A stretch of 64,000 nt of DNA from an uncultured virus (IMG/VR IMGVR_UViG_3300011969_000080) (IMGVR_UViG_3300011969_000080); one strand, 5' to 3'; numbered from the stretch's first letter, positions 28,848 through 38,989 are shown. Program-made: numbers and translations. The notes: generated by a model from the sequence alone, not told the origin.

Positions 28848-29156
28848 ATGTCCACCGACGCACCCACCCCCGTGGTGGCGCTGTCCCCCAGTCCCAGCAC
28901 AGGCGCCGTTGTCGGCTCCGTCGTCATGGGCATCATCTACGGCTTCGTCGCGCAGCTCATCGCCTACTTCGCCCTGTCCCTGTTCGCGGACATGCTGTCC
29001 AAGAACGCGACGTCCATCCCCATGTTCGTGTTCACGGCCATCGGCGTGCTGCAGGTCGTGGCAGTTCTCGGGCTCCTCCCAGTGTGCGTCTACCTGAAGG
29101 TGCGCCACGAGTACAAGCTGGCTGCCCGCAAGTATGCAAAGGCGCAGCAGGCCTGA
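28848..29156 (+). CDS. Two-TM membrane protein
   Basis: TTGCGT-N16-CACAGT promoter, AGAAAGG RBS. Confidence 0.7.
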   Translation: MSTDAPTPVVALSPSPSTGAVVGSVVMGIIYGFVAQLIAYFALSLFADMLSKNATSIPMFVFTAIGVLQVVAVLGLLPVCVYLKVRHEYKLAARKYAKAQQA

Positions 29157-29419
29157 CACCGCGCCGCTCCTGCTGGTTGCGTAGGGGCCGCCGGTGACTT
29201 TGGTCCCCAGCTGGGGACCAAAGTTCAGGACGCCGCGGGTCGGCGGCGGTCCGAAGTGTTCGGTGCGGTTTGTTTGTCCCAGCCCAAACAACCTCGCTGG
29301 CCGGAGGCACTTGCCCCCTCATCTGGGGGACATCCCTGCGGGGCCGGCCTGGCTGTTCAGCCTTCCCGAACGGCGGCGAAAACTGAACAGCCCCGTCACC
29401 GGCCCCCACGATACGGAAC

Positions 29420-29659
29420 ATGAAGCACGCCCCCGCCGCAGCCCGGCCGCAAACGCACTACGCCACCCTCGGCGTGCCCGAGGACGCGAGCGTCGCCATC
29501 ATCGAAGCCACCTTCCGGCTTCGCAGCATCCGCGCACGCATGGGCCTCGGCGGCAGGTCCTTCTGCGAGCTGGTAGAGGCGCGGCGTGTCCTGACAGACA
29601 AGTCCGCCCGGGCGGAGTACGACCAGCAGCTGCGCACCCTGCGCACCTCAGCCAGCTGA
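29420..29659 (+). CDS. Small J-domain-like protein lacking HPD
   Basis: THYATLGVPEDAS..IEATFR..EARRVLTDKSARAEYD. Confidence 0.65.
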   Translation: MKHAPAAARPQTHYATLGVPEDASVAIIEATFRLRSIRARMGLGGRSFCELVEARRVLTDKSARAEYDQQLRTLRTSAS

Positions 29660-30142
29660 CACCTACGGTCCGCAGCTGCGGACCGTAGCGCGGGACGCAT
29701 GCGCCAGGTCGAGCAGAAGTCAAATCCTAACGGTTCTGACAGCAGGTTAGGACTTGCGCCAAGTCTGGGAGGAACTGGGCGGAAGTTGGGAGCATGAACC
29801 CTGCAATCCGCGGCCTGCGAACCCCGCAATCCGCGGCACAGCCTCACACCCACGGCGCGCCCGAGCCGCGTGGGGCCTGCCTGGTGCGGGGACCCCTCCC
29901 GGCGCTGATACTGGACAGCCCACCAGTTCTACTCGACCGCACCACCCACTTCGTTGCCCACGCGGGCCACCTGGTCCTGTGCGACGAGGCGCGGGGCCGG
30001 GCGCCCCTAAGCGGTAAAGCTTCTTACCTCTTACGCGAACTGCCCGCAGTGTCAAAAGTATACAGATTCTGGCATAGTTTTGACAGTCCTGAGCCCGCGC
30101 GGCCCGGTGGGCACCCGGCGCCGCACCCCCACGGTGGGGCAC

Positions 30143-30757
30143 ATGGAACGCACCGGCCAGGACATCAGCTACGACCCCGTGCTGCTCGACGTCCCCCTAA
30201 CCTACGCGGACGTCAACCTCATAGACGCAGCCGCGGCCCGGCTCCTCGAGGGGCACCGGGGCACACGGACCTTCCGGACCGGCAGGCACCTCGTGCGCCT
30301 GGGCCGGGACGGGCGACTGCGCGTGGGTGGGCAGCCCACATCCCAGTGCTTCGCAACCAGCAGCGGGGAGGTGGGCGTGGCCCCGGACGCCCTGCGGCGT
30401 TTCCGGCTGTGGGCGAGCGCAGCCGACTACGCGGTAGTCCAGGCGCGCTCGGCCGACGAGCGCGAGCTCATCGCCCTGTGCGGCATCCGAGACCTCAGCG
30501 CGCGCATCCAGCCGTACGGCGTAGGGACCACACAGCTGCAGGACAACCAGTGGGCCGACCCACGGGGCGGCAGGACCGCGTACGTCACCTACACGCTGCT
30601 GCCGTCGCTGCTCCTGTTCATGCGGCTGCTGGCCGTGAGCCGGCTGGACGAAGACGCGCGGCACATCGCCGCGACCCTCATCGGCGCTGGTACCGACTGT
30701 GGCCCGGGGGACCTGGCCGCCGCGGCCCAGGCCCTTGTGGCCGCGCCCGGCGCCTGA
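30143..30757 (+). CDS. C-terminal module family protein
   Basis: Leaderless; LLAVSRLDEDARHIAATL..GDLAAAAQALVAAP. Confidence 0.7.
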   Translation: MERTGQDISYDPVLLDVPLTYADVNLIDAAAARLLEGHRGTRTFRTGRHLVRLGRDGRLRVGGQPTSQCFATSSGEVGVAPDALRRFRLWASAADYAVVQARSADERELIALCGIRDLSARIQPYGVGTTQLQDNQWADPRGGRTAYVTYTLLPSLLLFMRLLAVSRLDEDARHIAATLIGAGTDCGPGDLAAAAQALVAAPGA

Positions 30758-30806
30758 ACTACGGCACCCCATGGGGAACGTGGGCCCCACCCACACGATG
30801 TGGGCC

Positions 30807-32315
30807 ATGGACCTTTACCGTGACCCCGCCCTACTGACCGAGCCCACAACGTGCAGCGACGTAGTCGCCCTCAACACTGCCCTGGGGCGGTGCCTGCACG
30901 AGCTGGTGGGCACTACCCTGGAAATCGGAAATGGTTGCAAGCTGCGCCTTGCGGCTTCGCACCAGGGCACACCGGATGCCCACTACGAGCTCCAGCTGAC
31001 CGCAGGCGTGGCTGGCGCCCCCATGTGGCTGTGCCCGGAGGAGGGTCCCTGGGCGGACGCCCAACTGTGGCCATCTTTCACTGACGAGAAAGTGCCCCAG
31101 CGGGCGTGGCGCTCGGCCCGACGCTTGGAGGTACTCCTGTGGGGCCCGCAGCGCCCCGTGGCCAGGTACCTGCTGACGCTGCGGGCCCCGCGGTGGTGCC
31201 GGGACGCTGAGCTGGAGTACGACTGCGCCAACTCCCAGGCGGTCCAGTGGTGGGCCACTGATGGCCGCACCCCGCAGGAGCGGCGGCTTCACGCGTTGCT
31301 GCTCGCCTGGAGCACCGTGGGCTGCTTTACCGAGCTCGCGGCAGAGCAGGTGCCCACCACCCCCGTGGCGGAGTTCCTCGGCACCTCCGTCTGGGAGCAG
31401 GTGGGGCGTGCGCTGCGGATGCTGGTGGTAGCCGACCTGCCCGAGCCGGCCTGGCGTGTGGCGCGGGCACTGGCCCCCGACTTCCCCGGTACCCCGTCCG
31501 CGCTGGCGGCCACCGCAACCGACGTCGCCAGCACCCCCGCCGCCGTGGCCGGGATGTCCCACGTTCAGCGTGTGCCCGTGGTCGACCCCGTGCTGCGCAA
31601 GTTCCCCTGCACACCGGAGGACGACGAGGCGCTCAGCGAAGCGATCATGGACTGGAAGGAGAACGTGGAAAGAAGGGACGTCAGCATCGGGGAGGGGTTC
31701 GGTCTACGGTCCGAATGGGTCGAGGGCGGTGAGGTCGTGCTCACGCACCGGATCGGCGGGAGGCTGATGCTCGTGGACCTCCCATTCCCCCAGCACACCG
31801 ACCTGGAAAAGGTACTGCTGGTGCCGGTCCCACACCGCTGGTCGAGCACACGGCCCGGGCGGTGCATTGCGAGGCTGCGCGCCCGCCTCACACCTGAGAA
31901 GGACGTCCCCGAGGACACCACCATCGCTGAGGCCATCGCTGAGGCCCGCTACCTCGCCGGCGGCTTCCGGCACGGAGTATCCACTCTGCCGGGTCTCCGC
32001 CGCATCGAGCGCAAACGCCAGCACGCCAGCGAACTCGTGGACGCCTGGGTGGCGTCTGGCGGTGCCACCCCGGAGGAGCGGGAGATCTGCGCGCTGTTCG
32101 TGGCCCAGGAGTACCTCCGCCTCCGCCCGACGTGGACCACCCGACGCCCACCCAGCGACCTAACAGTCCTGCGCCCAGCGCTGCTCCGCCTGGCGGTCGC
32201 GCACCTACCCGAAAACGCGTGGTTCGCGGCCCAGACACTGATACCCACCTTCACCGGCACCCCAGACGAGCTGGTGGCCGCGGTCCAGGCCCTCACGCCG
32301 GCTCCCGCCGTCTGA
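30807..32315 (+). CDS. Fusion of two C-terminal module family units
   Basis: Two copies of the module: PDFPGTPSALAA and PTFTGTPDELVAAV. Confidence 0.75.
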   Translation: MDLYRDPALLTEPTTCSDVVALNTALGRCLHELVGTTLEIGNGCKLRLAASHQGTPDAHYELQLTAGVAGAPMWLCPEEGPWADAQLWPSFTDEKVPQRAWRSARRLEVLLWGPQRPVARYLLTLRAPRWCRDAELEYDCANSQAVQWWATDGRTPQERRLHALLLAWSTVGCFTELAAEQVPTTPVAEFLGTSVWEQVGRALRMLVVADLPEPAWRVARALAPDFPGTPSALAATATDVASTPAAVAGMSHVQRVPVVDPVLRKFPCTPEDDEALSEAIMDWKENVERRDVSIGEGFGLRSEWVEGGEVVLTHRIGGRLMLVDLPFPQHTDLEKVLLVPVPHRWSSTRPGRCIARLRARLTPEKDVPEDTTIAEAIAEARYLAGGFRHGVSTLPGLRRIERKRQHASELVDAWVASGGATPEEREICALFVAQEYLRLRPTWTTRRPPSDLTVLRPALLRLAVAHLPENAWFAAQTLIPTFTGTPDELVAAVQALTPAPAV

Positions 32316-32745
32316 GGAGATTGGTCAGCAGCCGCTGACCAATCTCCCAGGGGACCTCAGCGGTTCGGGCAGGTGTTGGGGAGCACAGGGTGGCGTCCAA
32401 GGACGGCGCCCGTTGGCGCCGCTGCACTGAGGTAGGGGCCGCCCCCACCCGGCACAAGCGACGGCCCTGGTGCAGTGTGCTCGCGCCGAGGGTCGTCGCC
32501 GTGTCGCCGGCGGGCCCTACAAGGGAGCGGGGCGCCGACGTTGTCCGTAGGCCCGCGCGGGCGTGGGGGACACCCTGGCGCGGCGGACGCCCTGGATTAT
32601 ACACCCGGACGGGCGGGTGGGGTCCCGGGGGGCGCGCGGCGCCAGCGGCCCCGGAAATGAGTACAGCCCAGCCCCTTGTCATCGGCGCCGCAGCCGACAC
32701 GGTACTCGTTGGTCCGGCGAGCGCCGGCCGCTTAAGGAGCCCCCT

Positions 32746-33633
32746 GTGAACGCCAAGCTTGCCGCCGCCCTAGACGACGCACGCGCCAAAGCCCTGAACG
32801 ACTTCGTCAAGGCCGCGACCAAGAAAGAAGCCGGGGCGGTGTTCACCTACAACACCAGGCCGGAGGCTGTGCCTGTCATCCGCACCGGTGCGCTCAGCCT
32901 GGACTTCGCCCTGGGCGTCGGCGGGATCCCCCGCGGCCGGGTCATAGAGCTATACGGACCCGAGTCATCGGGTAAGACGAGCCTTGCCTTATCTATCTGT
33001 GGGCAGGCCATCAAGGCCGGCGGCATGGTCGGCTTCGTTGACGTCGAGCACGCGCTGAACCCCAAGCACATGGAGGCGATGGGGTGCGACACGGCGTACG
33101 TCGCGATCGCCCAGCCGTCCTCGGGCGAAGACGCCCTGCAGATGGCCGAGACGATGGTGTCCTCAGGCCGCTTCGCGGTCGTCGTCGTGGACTCCGTGGC
33201 CGCGCTCGTCCCGCAGGCCGAGCTGGACGGGGAGATGTCCGACTTCTCAGTCGGCGCCCAGGCGCGGCTGATGTCCAAGGCGCTGCGCAAGCTGACCGGC
33301 CCATGCGCCCAGACCAACACCACGCTCATATTCATCAACCAGCTCCGGATGAAAATCGGAGTCCAGTTCGGGTCNNNNNNNNNNNNNNNNNNNNNNNNNN
33401 NNNNNNNNNNNNNNNNNNNNNNNNNNNNNNNNNNNNNNNNNNNNNNNNNNNNNNNNNNNNNNNNNNNNNNNNNNNNNNNNNNNNNNNNNNNGTACTCGGT
33501 GACCTCCACCGGTGAAGTCATCGCGCGTGGCAAGGACAACGCGATGGCCTACCTGTCGGAGAACCCGGTCCTGGCTGACGCGATCGCGGAAGAGTGCTAC
33601 GCGCTCCTGCTGGCCGACACCGTCGAGGCGTAG
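32746..33633 (+). CDS. recA: RecA recombinase, with a 117-N gap at 33375-33491
   Basis: [52 protein letters not shown]. Confidence 0.95.
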   Translation: MNAKLAAALDDARAKALNDFVKAATKKEAGAVFTYNTRPEAVPVIRTGALSLDFALGVGGIPRGRVIELYGPESSGKTSLALSICGQAIKAGGMVGFVDVEHALNPKHMEAMGCDTAYVAIAQPSSGEDALQMAETMVSSGRFAVVVVDSVAALVPQAELDGEMSDFSVGAQARLMSKALRKLTGPCAQTNTTLIFINQLRMKIGVQFGXXXXXXXXXXXXXXXXXXXXXXXXXXXXXXXXXXXXXXXXYSVTSTGEVIARGKDNAMAYLSENPVLADAIAEECYALLLADTVEA

Positions 33634-33728
33634 AACCCGCCCACGTGGCTACGCTTTGAAAGTGCCGCCTCCCCCGGGCCTTGTCCTGGGGGAGGCGGCG
33701 CCCACAGTGGGGTGGGGAGGAGGCAACC

Positions 33729-34421
33729 ATGCCAAAGGCACACACCCACTGCGGCGGCCTACACGAGATCATCAGCTTGGCGCCCCAGTGGGCCCCAACA
33801 GCCGCGGTTTCGCGCGGGGAGCTTCCAGCCGGCATGGCCGGCGAGGTCGAGGACTTCCTCTGCTTGTGCCCCGAAGGGCTCTTTTCCCGGCATGCGCAGG
33901 ACGCCCGCCACCGTGCGCGTGCTGCCCGCAACAGCCGCAGGAAGGCCTGACGTGTCATACGTTCCCGCCCGCCCGTCGTGCCGTCACCGCTACGCCCCCA
34001 GCGCCATCGCCGAGTGCAACCAGCTCACCGACGTGCTTCCCGACGTGGGCCCGACAGTCCGGCGCCGCCAGGAGCTGAGGCTAGACGCGGCCATGGGATC
34101 ATCGGCCCGCGCCGCTGCCCTTCGGGTGGCACTCCTAGAGGACGCCGCCGCAGACAGGGACGCGGGCCTCGGGCTGCACGAAGACCGCGGCCCGGTTGAC
34201 GAGGCTCGCTGATGCCGGGCGTCGGCCTATTCGTGGACTTCCCGCCGATCAACGCTTCCCACCGGTTCAGCACATGGCTGAGCCGGGACGAGCGCGCAAA
34301 GCTCAGCGTTGGCCAGCTCGTGACCCTGGTGGGCGACTCGGTTGGCCCACTCCCGGCCCGCGTCATCAGCGTGAGTGCCGACGGCCCATCCGTGGAGTTT
34401 GAGCTCCTGGCCGACGCCTGA
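33729..34421 (+). other. Three small co-oriented hypothetical ORFs (33729-33950, about 33952-34212, 34212-34421)
   Basis: TTGTCC-N16-CACAGT at 33681-33708, GGAGG RBS, abutting stops and starts. Confidence 0.5.
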
Positions 34422-34505
34422 ACCTGGAAATAGCCGCTGCACGAACTTGAAAGTAGCCGCCGTTCTAACCGGCAAACAGCCGAGGCTTGAACCGGGAAAT
34501 AGCCG
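34421..34505. repeat. Four 16-bp iteron-like repeats with a 23-bp period
   Basis: AACCTGGAAATAGCCG, AACTTGAAAGTAGCCG, AACCGGCAAACAGCCG, AACCGGGAAATAGCCG. Confidence 0.85.
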
Positions 34506-35076
34506 GTACCCTAGTCGGGGCGGGCAGGGTTCCGCTTGAGCAGCCGGGGCGTGGGCCAGCCGATGAGGCCGAGCTCATCGAACAGGGTTGCGGCCCCGCC
34601 GGGGGGCGCCACCGAGGCTGGTAGGTGTGGGCCGCCGGGTTTGTGTTCTGGCGCCGGGCCACAACAGTGTCCTGTGAGCTGGCGTGTGCTGGCACCCGAA
34701 GGAGCCCCACCATGGTCCAGCCCGAAGACCACGGCCCCGCAGGCCTGCTACGGCCATCCGCTGCTGTGCTCGCTGCTCGCACTGCCGAGCTGCACGAGAA
34801 CCGCGATCTCATCGAGGGTTCCCCCGAGCACCTTCTCGCCAGCCTTGCCGGCGTCACCGTCGAGGACCTGCGCCGCCTCGGCGGCATCTGACCCACCGGC
34901 GGCCGGTGCCGCCCTGCTGTGGGCCATTTTGGCAAAGTATGCAGTACGGGGTTGCCCTCAGCGTAGTAGCGCGCACGGTACCGAGCATGTCACCCACGAA
35001 AAAAGCGCCGCGAAGGCCGACAAGTGAGTGCCGTCTGGAGCTTGTCCCGGCCCCACCAGCACCCACGGTGGCTGCC

Positions 35077-35750
35077 ATGAGCACCCCACGACATTCCCCG
35101 CCGGCCCCCATGCCCCTTACGCCCTCGCCGCTCGACTACGACTTCCCCGCGTCCCCCGCCGACGCCCCCGCGACCGCGCCGACACTGCCCGCCTGCTTGA
35201 CATCATCGCCGCGGAGGCGGCCGAGGAGGGGCAGCGGAGCCTGGACGCCTACGAGACCGTCCTCGCCCCCACCCTCCGCGCCAGGCTGGTGGGCACCCCG
35301 CGCAACGCGAGTCTGCTCACCCTGCACAAGGTCCTCGGCTGCCCCGACTGCGGCGGCGGGGCCGGGCCGTCCCGCGCGTGGCGCCTACTGCAGCACCTGG
35401 TCCGGGTCCACGCACACAACCCCGCCGAGCCCCCGACACTTCGGGTCCTCCACCCACTTCCCGCGGCCCGCCTCCGGTTTGGCCTACGGTTGCCGCGCGC
35501 CAGCCGGATGCAGATGCGCTTCTCCGTCGGGCAGACCCTCGTACTTGAGGGCCACCCCACAGGTCCTGTCGTCGCCCGCGTGGTGGACGCGGACAACCAA
35601 TACGTCGGGCAGTACACGGGGGGAACGGGCCTCTACCAGCCCTCTGTGCCCGGGTGGATTGACATCGCGATCTCCCCCACGCCCCCGCCCACCGCGTCCG
35701 CAGTGCAGGACGCCCCGCGGCGCCAGTACGTCTACGCCGACTCCCACTAA
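35077..35750 (+). pseudogene. Hypothetical gene with an apparent frameshift near 35165
   Basis: Promoter-supported ATG 35077 is in a different frame from the protein-like ORF body (ARLLDIIAAEAA..). Confidence 0.5.
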
Positions 35751-35767
35751 CCAAACCGGAGGTTCCC

Positions 35768-36112
35768 TTGTCCCGCACGTATGCTCACCGCCCCCGTTGG
35801 GTGATCATGAACCACAACCCCGGCCTGGTCCGCGAACACCACAACCACGACGCCGGGCCCTGCACGCTGCCCAAGCCGCCGTACACGGAGGCTGCCATGT
35901 TTAGCACAGGTGGCTGCTACGTCTACCTGGACTGGAACGTGCGGACCTGCTCGTGTGGCATGTGCTCGGGCCGCTGGTTCCACCGCCTGGCCAAGCGTCA
36001 GACCCGCGCCGCGGTCCGCACCATGCTGCTGGCCGCCCGCCGGGGTGCGCCCGCCGCACAGTTGGAGACCCTCGAGGCCGACATCGGCCGGATCGACCGC
36101 TCCACCGGGTAG
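35768..36112 (+). CDS. Cys/His-rich hypothetical protein
   Basis: GGAGG RBS; HNH..C, CSCGMC. Confidence 0.6.
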   Translation: MSRTYAHRPRWVIMNHNPGLVREHHNHDAGPCTLPKPPYTEAAMFSTGGCYVYLDWNVRTCSCGMCSGRWFHRLAKRQTRAAVRTMLLAARRGAPAAQLETLEADIGRIDRSTG

Positions 36113-36150
36113 GCGATCCGCCCGCTGCCCAATAGTTCGACCCGCGGCGA

Positions 36151-36708
36151 ATGTATCTGAAGCGTCGTACATTCGCCGTTGGCCGATCCGATCCACGCCC
36201 CCTTGTCTTGGGCGCTGCGGCACCAACTGTAGAAGCCGCGAGCAACCTCCCGAACCTTCCCACCGCCGACGCTGTGCGCTTCGCTGTCGACCGCGCGCAG
36301 GCGGCGCTGCGCAACCACTGCCCCGACGCGACGTTCCCCGTGAATGTGGTCGAGGTCGCACGTGGCATGGGCCTCGAGGTGTACACGGCGACGCTGGACG
36401 AGGGAACCGTGCTGAGCGCGCTCACGGAAGAGCCCGGGGAGCCCACGCGCATCTGCATATCCCGCAGGGTTCCGCTGGTTACTCAGCGCTTCTCTGTGGC
36501 ACGCGAGCTCGGGCACTACGTGCTGGGCCCTGACGGGGCCCTCGATGTGTTCGCGGTCGAGCTGCTGATGCCCGCGTATGCGGTTCGCGAGTGTCACACG
36601 CTCGGTCTTTCGCCGTACGACATGGGCCAGTTCTTCTGCGTTTCCCCGCTGGCCGCGATGCGGCGGCTGGCCGCCCTGCACGCGCGCCCACACCCCAGCC
36701 GCGGGTAG
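36151..36708 (+). CDS. ImmA/IrrE-family metallopeptidase-like protein with a degenerate site
   Basis: PVNVVEVARGMG..QRFSVARELGHYVL..FAVELLMP. Confidence 0.8.
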   Translation: MYLKRRTFAVGRSDPRPLVLGAAAPTVEAASNLPNLPTADAVRFAVDRAQAALRNHCPDATFPVNVVEVARGMGLEVYTATLDEGTVLSALTEEPGEPTRICISRRVPLVTQRFSVARELGHYVLGPDGALDVFAVELLMPAYAVRECHTLGLSPYDMGQFFCVSPLAAMRRLAALHARPHPSRG

Positions 36709-36775
36709 GCGCCCGTTGTGGGCTGTCGGTTCTTGGGCCACTGTGCCGCCCCGCCCCCAGCGGCACGCTTGCAGT

Positions 36776-37201
36776 ATGAGCGCACCCGCCGCCACCCGGT
36801 GGTACATCCAGTCGCCCAACGGGTCCATGGCCGCGTGCTGCTCAGAGGAGCACCGGCTGCGCTACCGCGCTGTGACTGTGCGCACAAACCCCGCGGACCG
36901 GCCCGTGGACCTCGTGGGACTTACCATCAGCTGCGAGGTGTGCGCGTGGTGTGGAATTGGCCTTCCGCCGACCGGGAACTGCTGCCACCACTTCCCCGAC
37001 CCGTGCCCTGACTTTGATTGGGAGCACTCGCTGTGTGGGGCCCGGGCGGTCAGTGAGCTTTCCCGCCTTGCCGGCCGGCGGCTCCCGGACGCTGCGTTCG
37101 CCCTGCTTGGCGACACCGCACGGAGTTTGCATGCCGCGGGCACGTTCCCGTCTGTCGAGCTGGTTGAGCGCGCCTGGGCCGGGCGGGACGCCTGGGCCTG
37201 A
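36776..37201 (+). CDS. Cys-rich hypothetical protein
   Basis: Leaderless ATG; CEVCAWCG. Confidence 0.55.
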   Translation: MSAPAATRWYIQSPNGSMAACCSEEHRLRYRAVTVRTNPADRPVDLVGLTISCEVCAWCGIGLPPTGNCCHHFPDPCPDFDWEHSLCGARAVSELSRLAGRRLPDAAFALLGDTARSLHAAGTFPSVELVERAWAGRDAWA

Positions 37202-37268
37202 GGGCCCACACAAAGACGGGCCGTCGGGGCACCTTGTGCCCACTGGGTGCGCGCGCAGGGTCAGTGCC

Positions 37269-37772
37269 ATGACCACCATCGATCCAGCCCCCGCCGAGCA
37301 GCTCCTCAGCGAGCTCTACAAGACGGGCGCCGCAACGCACTGGCACAGCGCGGTGCTGGCGGAGATGCTCTCCCCCGGGGGCCTACACCCGAGGCACGCC
37401 GACTTCCCGCGCATCGAGCAACTCTCCTGGAAACTCACCCGCATCGGGTACACGGTGGAGGAACCGCCGCCCGGGCCCCACGGGGGAAGGCGTGCGGTCA
37501 TCACTGCCTACGCGCCGCTCACGCCGCTGCAGCTGGTCATCCTGGCACTCACTGACGTGATGTACCACAACCCGGAGTGGGCGACGCGGTTTGGGCACCT
37601 GAGCTACGAGGACTTCCGGGCAGGCAAAACCGCCGCCTGGGTCGCCGGCGCAACGGCCGCGGAGCTGGAAGTGGCTACCATGCTCGCCCCGACGTTCCCG
37701 GGGCCCTGGGCGGACCTGGTGGCCGTGGCGGAAGCCACGTGTGCGGCTCCCACACAGAGGGAGACCCAATGA
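37269..37772 (+). CDS. C-terminal module family protein
   Basis: ATMLAPTFPGPWADLVAVA; TTGTGC-N16-CAGGGT-N7-ATG. Confidence 0.7.
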   Translation: MTTIDPAPAEQLLSELYKTGAATHWHSAVLAEMLSPGGLHPRHADFPRIEQLSWKLTRIGYTVEEPPPGPHGGRRAVITAYAPLTPLQLVILALTDVMYHNPEWATRFGHLSYEDFRAGKTAAWVAGATAAELEVATMLAPTFPGPWADLVAVAEATCAAPTQRETQ

Positions 37773-38290
37773 CCGCCATCGATCAGGCCCCCGCAAAGCG
37801 GCTCCTCGACGAGATCTACGCGGCGGGTTTCTCCGCGCGCTGGCGCCGCGGGGTGCTGGCTGCGCTGTTCTCCCCGGAGGGCCTGCACCCCATCAACGAC
37901 CGCGGCCCCTGGCGGGCGCGCCGCAACTACGTGCTCCTCATGAGGCTCGGCGAGCGGCTCAGGCGCGCCGGCTACACCGTGAAGGTGCTGCCATCCGTGC
38001 GCTTTGACGGGTCACGCGCCGTAATCACCGCCTACGCGCCACCCACGCCCAAGCAGCTGGCCACCCGGCAGCTGACTGACACCCTGTGTATGTACTACAA
38101 CGTTGGGTTCCTCGCGCCCCTCGCGCGCGACGCGTCGCAGGCCGAGACCGCTGACTGGATTGCCGGCGCAACTACCGCGGAACTGCGGCTGGCTACCCAG
38201 CTTACCCCGACGTTCTCCGGCTCCCTGGCGGAGCTCCTAGCTGTGGCGGGGGCCATGTGCGCGGCGCCCTTTGCGGCCACACCGAGGTAG
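37769..38290 (+). CDS. Tandem paralog of 37269-37772
   Basis: MTAIDQAPA..SPEGLHP..RAVITAYAP..PTFSGSLAELLAVA. Confidence 0.7.
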   Translation: MTAIDQAPAKRLLDEIYAAGFSARWRRGVLAALFSPEGLHPINDRGPWRARRNYVLLMRLGERLRRAGYTVKVLPSVRFDGSRAVITAYAPPTPKQLATRQLTDTLCMYYNVGFLAPLARDASQAETADWIAGATTAELRLATQLTPTFSGSLAELLAVAGAMCAAPFAATPR

Positions 38291-38410
38291 TCCCAGCCCC
38301 CGCGGTTGGCCGATGTGTTCGCCAACCCGAAGCGATCTGCCAACCGGCACCTGCCCGCGATCGGCGGGCCGGCATCCACGGTGGCGGGCACCCCACCCGG
38401 AAGGCTCGCC

Positions 38411-38989
38411 GTGACCGCCCCGCAGTACGACACTCCCACGATCACTGTCCTCTGCACCAACGACGGGGACGGCTATCTGCGCCCGTTGGCCGAGATGGGC
38501 TCACACGCGGTCCTGTTCCTGCCGAGCGCGAGCTCGCCCAGCCCGGATAGCGCGGTCGTGACGGTGCTGACCGTACGGGGGGTGCCGCTGGTGTCGTACC
38601 TGGTGCCCTGCGGCATGACGGCGGCCTGCGTCAACGACCTGCTCACCACGCACGCGGTCAGCATCTCAAGCCACGACCGGACGATCAGCTTCCCGCTCAC
38701 TGCCGCGCTGATGGCCCCGGCGCCTGTGGTGCAGGAGGCCTGGGTTCTGCGGGGTCCGTGCCCCGCGCTGATACTGGACGACCCGTCGGTCCTTCTCGAC
38801 CGCGCCACCCACTTCATTGCCGACGCCGACAACCTGGGCCTGTGTGACGCGAAGGGCGCGCGCCTCAGCGGCCTGTTCCCGACAGGGTCGCCGGCCTGGG
38901 TAACGATGCTCGCCGACGGCTTCTTGCTGCTGATCACCCCGACCCGGCGCACACTGCTCCGCAACATCGTGACCTCACCCGTCGTGTAG
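38411..38989 (+). CDS. Paralog of 15453-16004
   Basis: High similarity throughout; a third fragment lies near 29870-30010. Confidence 0.75.
   Translation: MTAPQYDTPTITVLCTNDGDGYLRPLAEMGSHAVLFLPSASSPSPDSAVVTVLTVRGVPLVSYLVPCGMTAACVNDLLTTHAVSISSHDRTISFPLTAALMAPAPVVQEAWVLRGPCPALILDDPSVLLDRATHFIADADNLGLCDAKGARLSGLFPTGSPAWVTMLADGFLLLITPTRRTLLRNIVTSPVV

Noticed and set aside
34421..34505. Possible mini-CRISPR array
   Set aside because: Repeats are 16 bp and degenerate, spacers only 7 bp, and no cas genes are present.
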